Source of the DNA: Bacteroidales bacterium
Lineage (GTDB): Bacteria > Bacteroidota > Bacteroidia > Bacteroidales > GCA-2748055
Reading direction: 5' to 3'
DNA length: 64,000 nt
Assembly: GCA_040903745.1 (NCBI GenBank)
Contig: JBBDUV010000080.1
Location: forward strand, 5,560-69,559
Every line of letters starts with the position of its first letter. The first letter of the stretch is position 1. Position numbers and translations under genes: made by a program. The notes below the pieces were generated by a model, which was given only the letters and a program-made list of their open reading frames with translations, did no database searches and was not told the origin of the DNA. Shown here piece after piece: positions 39,387 through 48,666 of the stretch.

Positions 39387-42300
39387 TCACCACTTCTCTC
39401 CCCCACAAATTACCCTAAAAGAGCTTGTTGCTGCCTGTGAAACTATTTTTACAATAAGAAATTCTTCATTACTGATTTCACTGATATTGAACTCCATCGA
39501 GGAATCAGATGTAACCCGGGTTATCAGCAATTGCCCGTAAATATTATATAAACTGATCGTCTTTTCGGTGAATCCTTCACTGAATTCAAAATTGAGTTTC
39601 TCCCATACCGGGTTCGGATAGACTTTTACCCCATTTTGGGTAAGCCCACCAACAGCGCTATTGGATGTTGCAGTATCAGCCACTGTGATTAAGCATTCAT
39701 CTGTGAAATTTCCGTCATTACTTGTTGCTGTAATGGTGGCATTTCCTTCGGATATTGCAGTGATTACTCCTGCAGGATCAACGGTTGCAACTAAAGGATC
39801 TGAAGTAGTCCATGTTACACTTTTATCTCCTGCATCAACAGGGCTGACAAAAATCCTAAGTGGATGTTCATTTCCTATATTCAAAGAAGCTGTAGGACAA
39901 TTTCCCAGTTCCAGTGATGAAACAGGAACAGGAGAAACAGCTATTTCGCACACCTCAGTAAATCCACCATCAATTGAAGTTGCAGTAATTGTTACCATTC
40001 CTTCGGAAACTGCATTTATAAGTCCATCTTCATTCACAGTAGCAAGCTGGTTATCCGAGCTACTCCATAATACTCTATGATCCGTTGCATCAGAAGGCTC
40101 CACCTGTGCTGTAAGCTGGCGGGTGTGGCCGATTAATAATTCTGTATCTGAGCAACCCTCAATACCAATACTGGTTACTGCAATATAAGGTTTGTATACG
40201 TTGACCGTACATTGATCAGAAAAACCGCCGGGAGCTGACACTGAAATTATAACAGATCCTTCCGATAGGGTTGTAACCAGTCCGTTCATATCTACAGTTG
40301 CTTTAGAAGCATCGAAAGTACTCCAGATAATTTGCTTATTTGTAGCATCTGCCGGGTAAACTGTTGCACTTAACTGATGACTATCTCCCAATTTGATTTC
40401 CTGTTCGGGGCAATTGTTGAGGCTTACTTCGTTAACATCAACAGGGGAGATAACGCTTAATTCACACATGTCAGTCAGACCCCCGCCATCAGAAGTGACC
40501 GTGATAATAGCTGTACCCGCAGAGATTGCTGTAGTCAACCCATTTTCGTCTACCGCAGCCACCTCAGGGTTAGATGAACTCCAGCTTACACCACGTTTGC
40601 TGGCGTCTTCAGGAACCAGTGTGGCGAAAAACCGGTAAGTTTTGCCGGTATTTAATATTTCAGATGGGCAGGAGTTAATTGCAACATCCGTAACTTCTAT
40701 CTTTTCTCCGGGTGAAAATTTAATTGCATCAATAAAAACATTCCCCCCGTTCACGTTTTCTAAGCGCAGGATTTGATCGTTTTGTTCAGGCAAATAAATA
40801 TTCTTTACAATTACGGAGTCGGGCATGTCCAAATCTTCCTGGATTTTAAAATCACTAAATGTACAAATGACATTTCCGTCAAGACTAACTTCAATATCCC
40901 CATGAGCCCTGGGACAGAAATAATAAAGAACAATATCATAAGTCCCTTCAGATACATCGACCGTGTATTCCAGCCATTCTCCGTTTCTTGGATGCGCTGT
41001 GCTTATTCCGTTGCTGGCATTTTCTTTAGTAACAAGGTCAACACCTTCGCCAGCTCTTAAATCATTATCCCCATCATTGGGCTCTGTTACGTCATGGTAG
41101 GCTATTCCTTCGCCACCAATATCAAAATGTTCTGCTTCTATTAAACCTGGCAATACATGGTTTGTACCACCAAATGGAAATTGTATTTTTTCTTGTGTAC
41201 CTATATTAAAAAAGCAGGTATCTGTAAACGAACCATCATTGCTTGTTGCAACTATTACAGCGCTTCCATTGGCGATTGCATTTACCAAACCCCATTGATC
41301 AACAGTTGCAATATCGGTGTTTGAAGAACTCCATGTAATTGTCTGGTTGCCTGCATCAGCTGGAAATACGCTGGCGGTTAATTGGTGTGTTGAACCCGGA
41401 ATTAATTCTGAAGAACAATTTTCAATATTGATATTTGTAATTTTAATACTGTCGTTTGCAGTTATAACGAGATCTCGTTCCAATTCAATCATATGAAACC
41501 GGCAATTCGTATTTCCCAGGTTTTGCAGGATCAGGTCAGCGCCCTTTGGACCACCATTGTCCAGTAAGGCATCATTAATAATGACTTCCCTGGTAAGCCA
41601 ATCTCTGTTTACATCATTGTTGACGATACAGGCACTTTTCATGGTGCCATCCTTTGCATGATATAAAAGCTCCCAGGATCCGCCATCACCGGACCTGTAA
41701 ATGATTCTTACTTTCAATCTGCCATTTTCTTTTTCCCTGTTGCCCTCAAAGTATTTGTCATCAACATCAAAAAACATGGTATTCATTCCCTTTTCCACAT
41801 CAAAACCCCGCGCAAAACGGCCATAAATTGACCTGTCAACCTGCCACCAGGCGATGCTGGTTTCTTCCGGATCAATTTGTGTGATATGCCGTTGGTAATT
41901 TGATGGAAGAATCTGCCAGCCTACATCGTTATAATCCTGGCGTTTACGGTTTACCATTCCACCACCGGTGGCTTTTTCAGGATCTCCCTGGTTGGCTCCA
42001 TAGCCGCTCATTTCATTTGCAATGGCTATGTAGCGTTGCGTGTTATTTTTTGTCGCTGTTCCAAATTGATCCTCTGGAAAAGATTCGGTATCGAAAGCAT
42101 CCAGGCCGCGACGCAGGGCACAAAATGCACCTTTTGCATTCGCAGGATTGGTTTCCGCAGCATAACGATTAAAAAAATGTATAGCATCGGAATAGGTTTC
42201 ACCCTGACAGGCCTCCCCCGGAACATTCCACATACTTAATCCGCAATGCGTGGCATAAATGGATGACCAGTATAAACCTTGTTTTATATTTTGCGTACTC

Positions 42301-43247
42301 CATCCATAAGTCTTATATTCAGCATCCTGTTCGCCGCGCGCAAAGAATGTTTTCCCCGTTGCTTCAACGTCATTTCTGAATTGAATAAAATTTGCAAGAC
42401 GCTCCTGGGCATCGCTAATATGATATCCGTGCGAAAACATGCCGTTTTTTAAACCCAGCGCTTTTGGCAGACTATCCAGCATCCATCGGTATTGAGCCTC
42501 TTCATTGGAATCATAATTGGTTAAAAGCGGAAGTTGCAATTCGCCATTCCTTGTAAATGCTGATTTGTACTTTTCCCATGTTTCAATCCGGAATTGACTC
42601 CATTGAGCTTTGGTAATATTGTAAATCGGGTTTACCGGTGAGCCTTTGTAAGGACCTCCATCGCCTGTCGATCCTTCTGCTGATTGTAAAAAAAGGATTC
42701 TTTTTTTTAAATGTGGTGGAAGATTACAAATATAGTTGCCCAGAGAATCGATCATCCGGTGAAAAAAGAATATGTAATCTTCATCAAAATAATACGGAGA
42801 ATCCCGCCGGGTTTTTACTCCAAGCGGATTAATTGTTTCTTCCATTTCCACCAGCGGAACACCGTTCTTAAAAAGCCATTTGGGTGTAAATGCCCACGAA
42901 GTATCCGTTTCACTAACCTGGCTGGTAGCAAAGGCAACCCATACCATCAAAAAGGTATTAAAATCATTTTGGTCAAGCAATTCAAGTTTATCGCCAATTT
43001 CTTTTTTGAATTCAAATTTACCGTTTTCAGGCTCAAGATTGCTCCATCTCATTATTAGTGGCGCCCCTTTTATATTCGGACACTTTTCGCGACTTACATT
43101 GTTGGGAGAATAGCTTGCCCAGGAATATACACCCCATGCATCTTCCGGAAAAGCCGAAGTTTGTTCCATTGACTGCGCTAATGCAGAATGGGTAAGGATC
43201 GACGAAAGAAGGATTATTGTAAATGAAACTATTAATCGTTTAATCAT
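39387..43247 (-). CDS. 1286-aa secreted protein: module A (about nt 43247-41472) + Big_2 + CBM6-like + 4x Big_2 + T9SS C-terminal sorting domain
   Basis: Signal peptide. The A part carries KGAPLIMRWSNLEPENGKFEF, SAEGSTGDGGPYKG, NGMFSHGYHIS, ARGEQD and GLSMWNVP. There are five Big_2 repeats (...W(S/T)(S/T)(S/F)(D/N)...ATV(D/N)..G...A...G...I.(A/V)(T/S)), a CBM6-like IEAEHFDIGGEGIAYHD...GEWLEYTV domain and a C-terminal VYPNPVWEKLNFEF... sorting domain. Confidence 0.7.
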   Translation of the reverse strand: MIKRLIVSFTIILLSSILTHSALAQSMEQTSAFPEDAWGVYSWASYSPNNVSREKCPNIKGAPLIMRWSNLEPENGKFEFKKEIGDKLELLDQNDFNTFLMVWVAFATSQVSETDTSWAFTPKWLFKNGVPLVEMEETINPLGVKTRRDSPYYFDEDYIFFFHRMIDSLGNYICNLPPHLKKRILFLQSAEGSTGDGGPYKGSPVNPIYNITKAQWSQFRIETWEKYKSAFTRNGELQLPLLTNYDSNEEAQYRWMLDSLPKALGLKNGMFSHGYHISDAQERLANFIQFRNDVEATGKTFFARGEQDAEYKTYGWSTQNIKQGLYWSSIYATHCGLSMWNVPGEACQGETYSDAIHFFNRYAAETNPANAKGAFCALRRGLDAFDTESFPEDQFGTATKNNTQRYIAIANEMSGYGANQGDPEKATGGGMVNRKRQDYNDVGWQILPSNYQRHITQIDPEETSIAWWQVDRSIYGRFARGFDVEKGMNTMFFDVDDKYFEGNREKENGRLKVRIIYRSGDGGSWELLYHAKDGTMKSACIVNNDVNRDWLTREVIINDALLDNGGPKGADLILQNLGNTNCRFHMIELERDLVITANDSIKITNINIENCSSELIPGSTHQLTASVFPADAGNQTITWSSSNTDIATVDQWGLVNAIANGSAVIVATSNDGSFTDTCFFNIGTQEKIQFPFGGTNHVLPGLIEAEHFDIGGEGIAYHDVTEPNDGDNDLRAGEGVDLVTKENASNGISTAHPRNGEWLEYTVDVSEGTYDIVLYYFCPRAHGDIEVSLDGNVICTFSDFKIQEDLDMPDSVIVKNIYLPEQNDQILRLENVNGGNVFIDAIKFSPGEKIEVTDVAINSCPSEILNTGKTYRFFATLVPEDASKRGVSWSSSNPEVAAVDENGLTTAISAGTAIITVTSDGGGLTDMCELSVISPVDVNEVSLNNCPEQEIKLGDSHQLSATVYPADATNKQIIWSTFDASKATVDMNGLVTTLSEGSVIISVSAPGGFSDQCTVNVYKPYIAVTSIGIEGCSDTELLIGHTRQLTAQVEPSDATDHRVLWSSSDNQLATVNEDGLINAVSEGMVTITATSIDGGFTEVCEIAVSPVPVSSLELGNCPTASLNIGNEHPLRIFVSPVDAGDKSVTWTTSDPLVATVDPAGVITAISEGNATITATSNDGNFTDECLITVADTATSNSAVGGLTQNGVKVYPNPVWEKLNFEFSEGFTEKTISLYNIYGQLLITRVTSDSSMEFNISEISNEEFLIVKIVSQAATSSFRVICGGEKW

Positions 43248-43337
43248 AGATTGATTTATTTGTTGTTTAACTTATTAAAGTATTCCAGCACTTTGATCAT
43301 TTTTATTACTGGTACAAGTTTTATCATTTCCACACTG

Positions 43338-45533
43338 TTAATCAACCGAGGGAATTCCTGTGCCCCCAAGATCGGTATATTCCTTTAGCACCAATTGGTC
43401 GTGTACATGCCAATCCGGAAGATCTTCGGTTCTCGCCATGTCCATTCCTGTGTACATATCGTCCATCAGGTTGGAATAATTCATCCACCATCCATAGGCT
43501 TCTCCAAGTGAAATCTTTGCTTTCTCTTTTTCGTTGGCCATCAGGTAAGTAGCTCCCCGAATTTTATATGCATAATAATTGGCTAAGTATGACATTGCCT
43601 TGATGTTATTAATTGTTATACCCAGCCTGGTGTTTGTATCAGCATTTATACTTTTAGCAAATGATAGCGCTGCTTTGGCACTGGCCTCTATTTCATCTGC
43701 CACATCATAAGCGCTTCTTTTTCCATCCAGATTGCCCGATGCGGTTTCGGCAATGCTTGCAAGCGCCGAACCCTGATTGGGATTTGCATTTCCGAAATCT
43801 TCAACGGTTAAAAACCCACTATTTGATTGGCATGCCTCGGGCCACCACTGGTTGTCGCGTCCTAAAGTTCCTGTGATCATTTCGCCTATTAATGGAAATC
43901 CTTCAGAAGCCTTTTTCCAGGCTGTAAATAATTCTTCTGATGATACTTCAGGGTATTTAACAGCCATAATATTTTTGAACACATCGTCTCTGGTATTCGG
44001 ATTATAAGAAAGCCGCCCCCAAAGCATGTACATGTACCATTGCCGTTGCACTTCAAGAATTCCTTGCGTTACGCTGTTCTTGCTAAAAAAAGTTCGTGTG
44101 GGCGTATAACCGTCGGCACCCATATAGAAGCCTGCAAACCATTTTCCTTTATTTATCATGCCGTTAATATAAGCGCGGGCAAAATCCGGATCTCCCCAGT
44201 TATGATAGTAGAAATCGTCATTGCGGAGATTGAGCCATGATTTTAAATTATGCTCCCGAAGCGGAGTGATGTGCCTGTCATTCATTCTTTCGGGCAAAGG
44301 AATCGAATACATGTGGGCCAAACTGTATTTATATGACAGCTCAAAAGTGATATTAGGAAGCTTCATCAATTCAGCAAAATTTTCCTTCATATCGGTGAAG
44401 TCGGCCAGGTGCCAACGATGAATGAATGTCAGTTTCCTCTCCGGATGAAGCTTTGCATAATCGGCCATACCCATGCCATAGGTTTTAGCCAGAAACAAGG
44501 CATCATTTATTTGATGCTGCTCCGGGCGTAAATCGCGGGGGCCAACATGCCATGACATGTGCTCGCCCTGGGTAATGCCAAAACCATCGAGATCGGGGTA
44601 TGTTTCTAAAAGTGTTGACATACATTTGCGCATATAATCAATTGTAGCCTGATTGGTTGCAGCTTTTGCCTGTTCATCAGTAATCCCGTATTTACCGGTA
44701 GCGCCATCGGTAAATATATTCCAGTTGAAAAGATAAAATTCGAAGCCGCGCGATTTTGCATAAGCCATCACGTCTCTCCAAAATTCTATTTTTTCGTCAA
44801 TTGACATGGACTTTTTGTATCCATCCAAACCGGTTACATCCTGAATTGCGACATCCGGATATTCGGGCATTTTAATCATCGATGTAAATGGATGATTGCT
44901 CCAAATGGTAAGAACATTGTACCTGTATCTGGCCATTGTATCAAACCAGCTTGTCCAGAATGTCATATCCCATACATTGGGAATTGCTTTGATTTTAGAG
45001 GTCACATTTCCTGCTCCGTATGTTCCACTTTCTTTGTCAAACGGCAGATTGAGTTTGATTCCCCGTTTTAAGATGGCTGGAGATTCCTGTTCGTTATAAG
45101 TACCAGTAAATCCATTAATTTTGAAATTTTCAGCAAGCTGTAATCCTCCATACATGGCGCCTGTATTGTCGCCGCCCAGTGCCCAGTAAGAACTTTGTCC
45201 CTGCGTTGTGGTTCTCAAAGCATAAGCCTGCTTTCCTAAACCTGTAGTAGCAGTTACACCATGGGAAGTAAGCATCTCTTTTACCCTGGTGTCAGTTGCC
45301 AGGGCAATAATCACTTTTTTGTTGGCGTAGGCAGCGTTTAGCTGGTCAATACTCCGCATTTCAACGGTGAGACTTTTAGACTCAAGTGCTGCTTTAACAT
45401 CTCCGGCAGCAAACTCGATCTGTTCAACAGTTGAATCGTAGAAAACGCCTATTGTTTCAGCAAAAACCATTGTGTGCATGGCAAGAGCCACGATACACAT
45501 TGTGCAAAATCGCAATATTATTTTTCTAAACAT
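43338..45533 (-). CDS. Uncharacterised module-B protein, putative glycoside hydrolase
   Basis: 731 aa with a signal peptide. Contains KQAYALRTTTQGQSSYWALGGDNTGAMYGGLQLAE, RGIKLNLPFD, WDMTFWTSWFDTMARYRYNVLTIWSNHPFTSM and GITQGEHM. Confidence 0.6.
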   Translation of the reverse strand: MFRKIILRFCTMCIVALAMHTMVFAETIGVFYDSTVEQIEFAAGDVKAALESKSLTVEMRSIDQLNAAYANKKVIIALATDTRVKEMLTSHGVTATTGLGKQAYALRTTTQGQSSYWALGGDNTGAMYGGLQLAENFKINGFTGTYNEQESPAILKRGIKLNLPFDKESGTYGAGNVTSKIKAIPNVWDMTFWTSWFDTMARYRYNVLTIWSNHPFTSMIKMPEYPDVAIQDVTGLDGYKKSMSIDEKIEFWRDVMAYAKSRGFEFYLFNWNIFTDGATGKYGITDEQAKAATNQATIDYMRKCMSTLLETYPDLDGFGITQGEHMSWHVGPRDLRPEQHQINDALFLAKTYGMGMADYAKLHPERKLTFIHRWHLADFTDMKENFAELMKLPNITFELSYKYSLAHMYSIPLPERMNDRHITPLREHNLKSWLNLRNDDFYYHNWGDPDFARAYINGMINKGKWFAGFYMGADGYTPTRTFFSKNSVTQGILEVQRQWYMYMLWGRLSYNPNTRDDVFKNIMAVKYPEVSSEELFTAWKKASEGFPLIGEMITGTLGRDNQWWPEACQSNSGFLTVEDFGNANPNQGSALASIAETASGNLDGKRSAYDVADEIEASAKAALSFAKSINADTNTRLGITINNIKAMSYLANYYAYKIRGATYLMANEKEKAKISLGEAYGWWMNYSNLMDDMYTGMDMARTEDLPDWHVHDQLVLKEYTDLGGTGIPSVD

Positions 45534-45631
45534 ATTTTACCTCCTTTATAGAACAAGAATAATAGATTTTGAGATTCACATAACAATAAAGTGATAAATA
45601 AGATTAATCTTGTTGATATTTATTATTTAAC

Positions 45632-47056
45632 TTATTCATTCAAAGTATATAATGGAAAAAGCTCACTCTCTGTACGTTCTGTTTCCAGCAATTTTTTCAT
45701 TTCAGCCAAAACCTCAGGATATTGTTCTGACACATCTTGTTGCTCTGCCCGATCGTTTTCAAGATTGTAAAGCTCTAATCGGGTTTTTGATGGATCCAAA
45801 ATATCAAGTTTCACCAGTTTCCATTTACCTTTTCTGACGGCCTGTTTTCCACCTTTATTTGGTAAATTGAATTCCCAATACAAAGCTTTATGTTCGGCTT
45901 GTTCTTCACCCAATAATTCAGGCATAAATGAAATGCCGTCAATGTTATCCGGAGCTTCAATTCCGGCTAAATCGCAGGCAGAGGGCAAAAAGTCCCAGTG
46001 AGCAGAGATGTGGTCACTTGTTTGGCCCGGCTCAATTGTCTCCGGCCAGTAAGCAATCATTGGAACTCTTATACCTCCTTCGTACAGGTCGCGTTTTTGG
46101 CCTCTTAATCCACCGCTGCTGTTGAAAAATTTAGGATCGTTTTCACCTTCGCTGTGTGGTCCGTTATCGCTTGTAAAAATAACCAGGGTGTTTTTATCGA
46201 TGCCCAGTTTTTCCAGTTTCTCTTTAATTTTGCCAATATCCCTGTCCATAAGGGTTATCATGGCTGCCAGGCCTTTTTGTGCATCAGGCCAGTCTTTGTC
46301 TGCATATTGGCCATAGTCAGGGACCTCCATGCCGTGCTCATCAACCAACCAATGCTCATTATTGGTATGTGGAATGGTATAAGCGAGATAGAGAAAGAAT
46401 GGTTCGTCAGCAGATTCTTCTACAAAATTCAATGCATCGGCTGTAAACAGGTCGTGACTGTATTCGTTTTTCTCAACCGCAGCACTCCCTCTGCCTTTTA
46501 ATTTTCCTTCCTGAACATAAACCACTTCATTATCGAGGGGCACTTTTTCGGTATTTCTCCACAGGTAATCGGGATAAAAGTTATGCGCCCTTAGCTGGCT
46601 CAGGTAACCAAAGAAATAATCAAAACCCTGTTTGTTTGGATGCCCGGTAGTATTTAGTTCACCCAGACCCCATTTCCCAATTACACCGGTCTTATAGCCG
46701 GCATCCTGGAGCAGGTTGCCCACTGTAACATCTTCTTCGCTTAACGGAAGTGACGAATTAGCCCTGATTTTGGCGTGTCCGGTATGCAAACCTGTCATTA
46801 ACACACAACGCGAAGGGGCACAAACCGTACTTCCGGAATAATGCTGGGTAAACCTGATTCCCTTTTCAGCCATTTTATCCAGATTAGGAGTCTGAATTTC
46901 AGTTTGCCCATAAGCACCAATATCTCCATAGCCTAAATCGTCGGCTAAAATATAAATGATGTTGGGCTTTTTTAGCTCATCTTTGTTTTCTTTCTTCGTT
47001 TCCGCACATGCTCCAAACAAGAAAAGTGCTGATAGTATCCAAAATACTTTTTTCAT
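45632..47056 (-). CDS. S1 sulfatase, duplicate copy B (lipoprotein)
   Basis: 474 aa. Contains GSTVCAPSRCVLMTGLHTGH. Roughly 80% identical by eye to 37551..38966, with an identical 5' end. Confidence 0.9.
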   Translation of the reverse strand: MKKVFWILSALFLFGACAETKKENKDELKKPNIIYILADDLGYGDIGAYGQTEIQTPNLDKMAEKGIRFTQHYSGSTVCAPSRCVLMTGLHTGHAKIRANSSLPLSEEDVTVGNLLQDAGYKTGVIGKWGLGELNTTGHPNKQGFDYFFGYLSQLRAHNFYPDYLWRNTEKVPLDNEVVYVQEGKLKGRGSAAVEKNEYSHDLFTADALNFVEESADEPFFLYLAYTIPHTNNEHWLVDEHGMEVPDYGQYADKDWPDAQKGLAAMITLMDRDIGKIKEKLEKLGIDKNTLVIFTSDNGPHSEGENDPKFFNSSGGLRGQKRDLYEGGIRVPMIAYWPETIEPGQTSDHISAHWDFLPSACDLAGIEAPDNIDGISFMPELLGEEQAEHKALYWEFNLPNKGGKQAVRKGKWKLVKLDILDPSKTRLELYNLENDRAEQQDVSEQYPEVLAEMKKLLETERTESELFPLYTLNE

Positions 47057-47429
47057 AGAATTTAATTAAATTGGTGAACAAGCAAATTATTTGTGTGAGT
47101 CAAATTCATTGACCTCACATTCTGTTTTCTCTTATATTTTATGCTTCATTTGATATTCGTGAAATAGTTGTCATAATAATATTCCTTCCTTATATCATCT
47201 ATAGGGTAAGCAATTTGTCCTATTCAAACAATAAACCAAAGTTAACCTTTACAATAAATTTGGGGGGGGTAATTTTTGGCCAGAATGGATAATGAAATAG
47301 TCCCTTAGCACATTGGACATAATTATAGCCGGTGAGACGTTCGCCAATTTGGGCATACTTCAGGTAACGGGTGCCATCGTATTGCAAACGGCCTTTTACC
47401 CGGTTGTCGCGACCTGTTTTGTCGGTATC
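46820..47429. repeat. Near-identical duplicated block, copy B
   Basis: See 38730-39348. Identity ends abruptly at 47429/39348 (...gtcggtatc). Confidence 0.85.
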
Positions 47430-47601
47430 AACTACATTTAAACGTTAATTCATAAACGGATTGAATTCATCCGTTTCCGAGGCTTCCGGCAGGTCCATGA
47501 AAACGTGAATGATGCCGTCTTCGATCGCGAACACGCGAGCAGGAGACTTGAAGTGCGAAGACCGAATGGTGTTTGCATAGGGGGATGGGTAAGAAATTTC
47601 G

Positions 47602-48528
47602 TTATGGTTTTAGTGGCAGGACGTGAATGTTGCGGTATTCCACCTTCATCACGGAGCCGTTGTGCATTTGAAACCCGATGACTCCCTCGCGCGACCCCTG
47701 CGGATCGGAATCCACAAAGTCCATGACCTTGATGGCGTTGATCCAGTATTCCAACCGGTTGCCGCGCGCCCGGATCGTCATGCGGTTCCATTCTTCTTCC
47801 TTGTAGGCCTGCTTAATGATGGCCGGGTCCGGGAAAATACGGAGTTTTGGGCGGGCATACCAATCGCCCAGCGTGCCTTGAAAATTTACTTTCCCCGGTT
47901 TGTGGTAGGCTGCGTCGAATTCGTAACCGGAGGGAGCCTCAAAGGTTCTCCCTTGCTTCGGGCTCTTCGGGTAGGGGATCACGTTCACGCGGTAATAGAT
48001 TCCCGTATTTCGATTATCGTCGCCGGACAGCCTTAGCTCACAGGTGAACACGAAGTCGCCAAACCGCTGCTTGGTGTAGAGCCACTCTGGACTCAAGAGC
48101 TTCTCGTTGCCGGTGTGGCCGATAATGGTTCCCTCCGCTAAAGACCAACGGGGCGAGGGCACTTTCCATGCCTCGAGGGTACCTCCTGCGAGCAAATTGA
48201 TCGCGGCGGGGTTCGTGAGAGACGGCTCGACGGTCTCATTCGCCTCGGAAGCGAACGCGAGCGGTTGAAAATGATGAATTTCCATGGGCGATTTGCCTTT
48301 GGTTTCCCAACTGTTTGTTTCCGGATCGAAAACATTTACAGGATGTATACCCCGCCCTCCAATCAGGTAGAATTTATCTTTGTATTCTATAAAGGCATTT
48401 TCGTGACGAGCAGTTACCTCGCCTTCTGCATCGATAGGGTTCCAGCGAAATTCGGATAACGATACCTGCTGGCTTTTTACGCCAAAACCGGCAAAAATAA
48501 CAATCAGTAATAAAACTAACTTTTTCAT
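47602..48528 (-). CDS. Chimeric ORF: signal peptide + partial Kelch-type blade (AT-rich, ~90 aa) fused in frame to a DUF1080 (3-keto-disaccharide hydrolase-like) domain (GC-rich)
   Basis: The N-terminus ...RHENAFIEYKDKFYLIGGRGIHPVNVFDPETNSWE is Kelch-like but incomplete. The C-terminus LEAWKV...WSLAEGTIIGH...GDFVFTCELRL...NTGIYYR...NRMTIRARGNRLEYWINAIKV...IGFQMHNGSVMKVEYRNIHVLPL is DUF1080-like. Composition changes near nt 48270. Confidence 0.6.
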   Translation of the reverse strand: MKKLVLLLIVIFAGFGVKSQQVSLSEFRWNPIDAEGEVTARHENAFIEYKDKFYLIGGRGIHPVNVFDPETNSWETKGKSPMEIHHFQPLAFASEANETVEPSLTNPAAINLLAGGTLEAWKVPSPRWSLAEGTIIGHTGNEKLLSPEWLYTKQRFGDFVFTCELRLSGDDNRNTGIYYRVNVIPYPKSPKQGRTFEAPSGYEFDAAYHKPGKVNFQGTLGDWYARPKLRIFPDPAIIKQAYKEEEWNRMTIRARGNRLEYWINAIKVMDFVDSDPQGSREGVIGFQMHNGSVMKVEYRNIHVLPLKP

Positions 48529-48666
48529 AACTACTAATTTTTATCTTATTAATTTACTTAGTATTCTTGCTTTTAATATTCGTTTTTTGCTATATTTTTT
48601 TAAAAACTATGAATTATTGTTAACATATTTGAGTAACCGATTGAGATGTCCATGTTTCTAACTTAA

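Noticed and set aside
47450-48047. Several ORFs of 66-137 aa on both strands (47450..47791, 47623..48036, 47847..48047) overlapping the DUF1080 gene
   Set aside because: GC-rich DNA generates long spurious open frames. Their translations are Arg/Pro/Gly-rich and motif-free, whereas the 47602..48528 frame has a clear DUF1080 signature.
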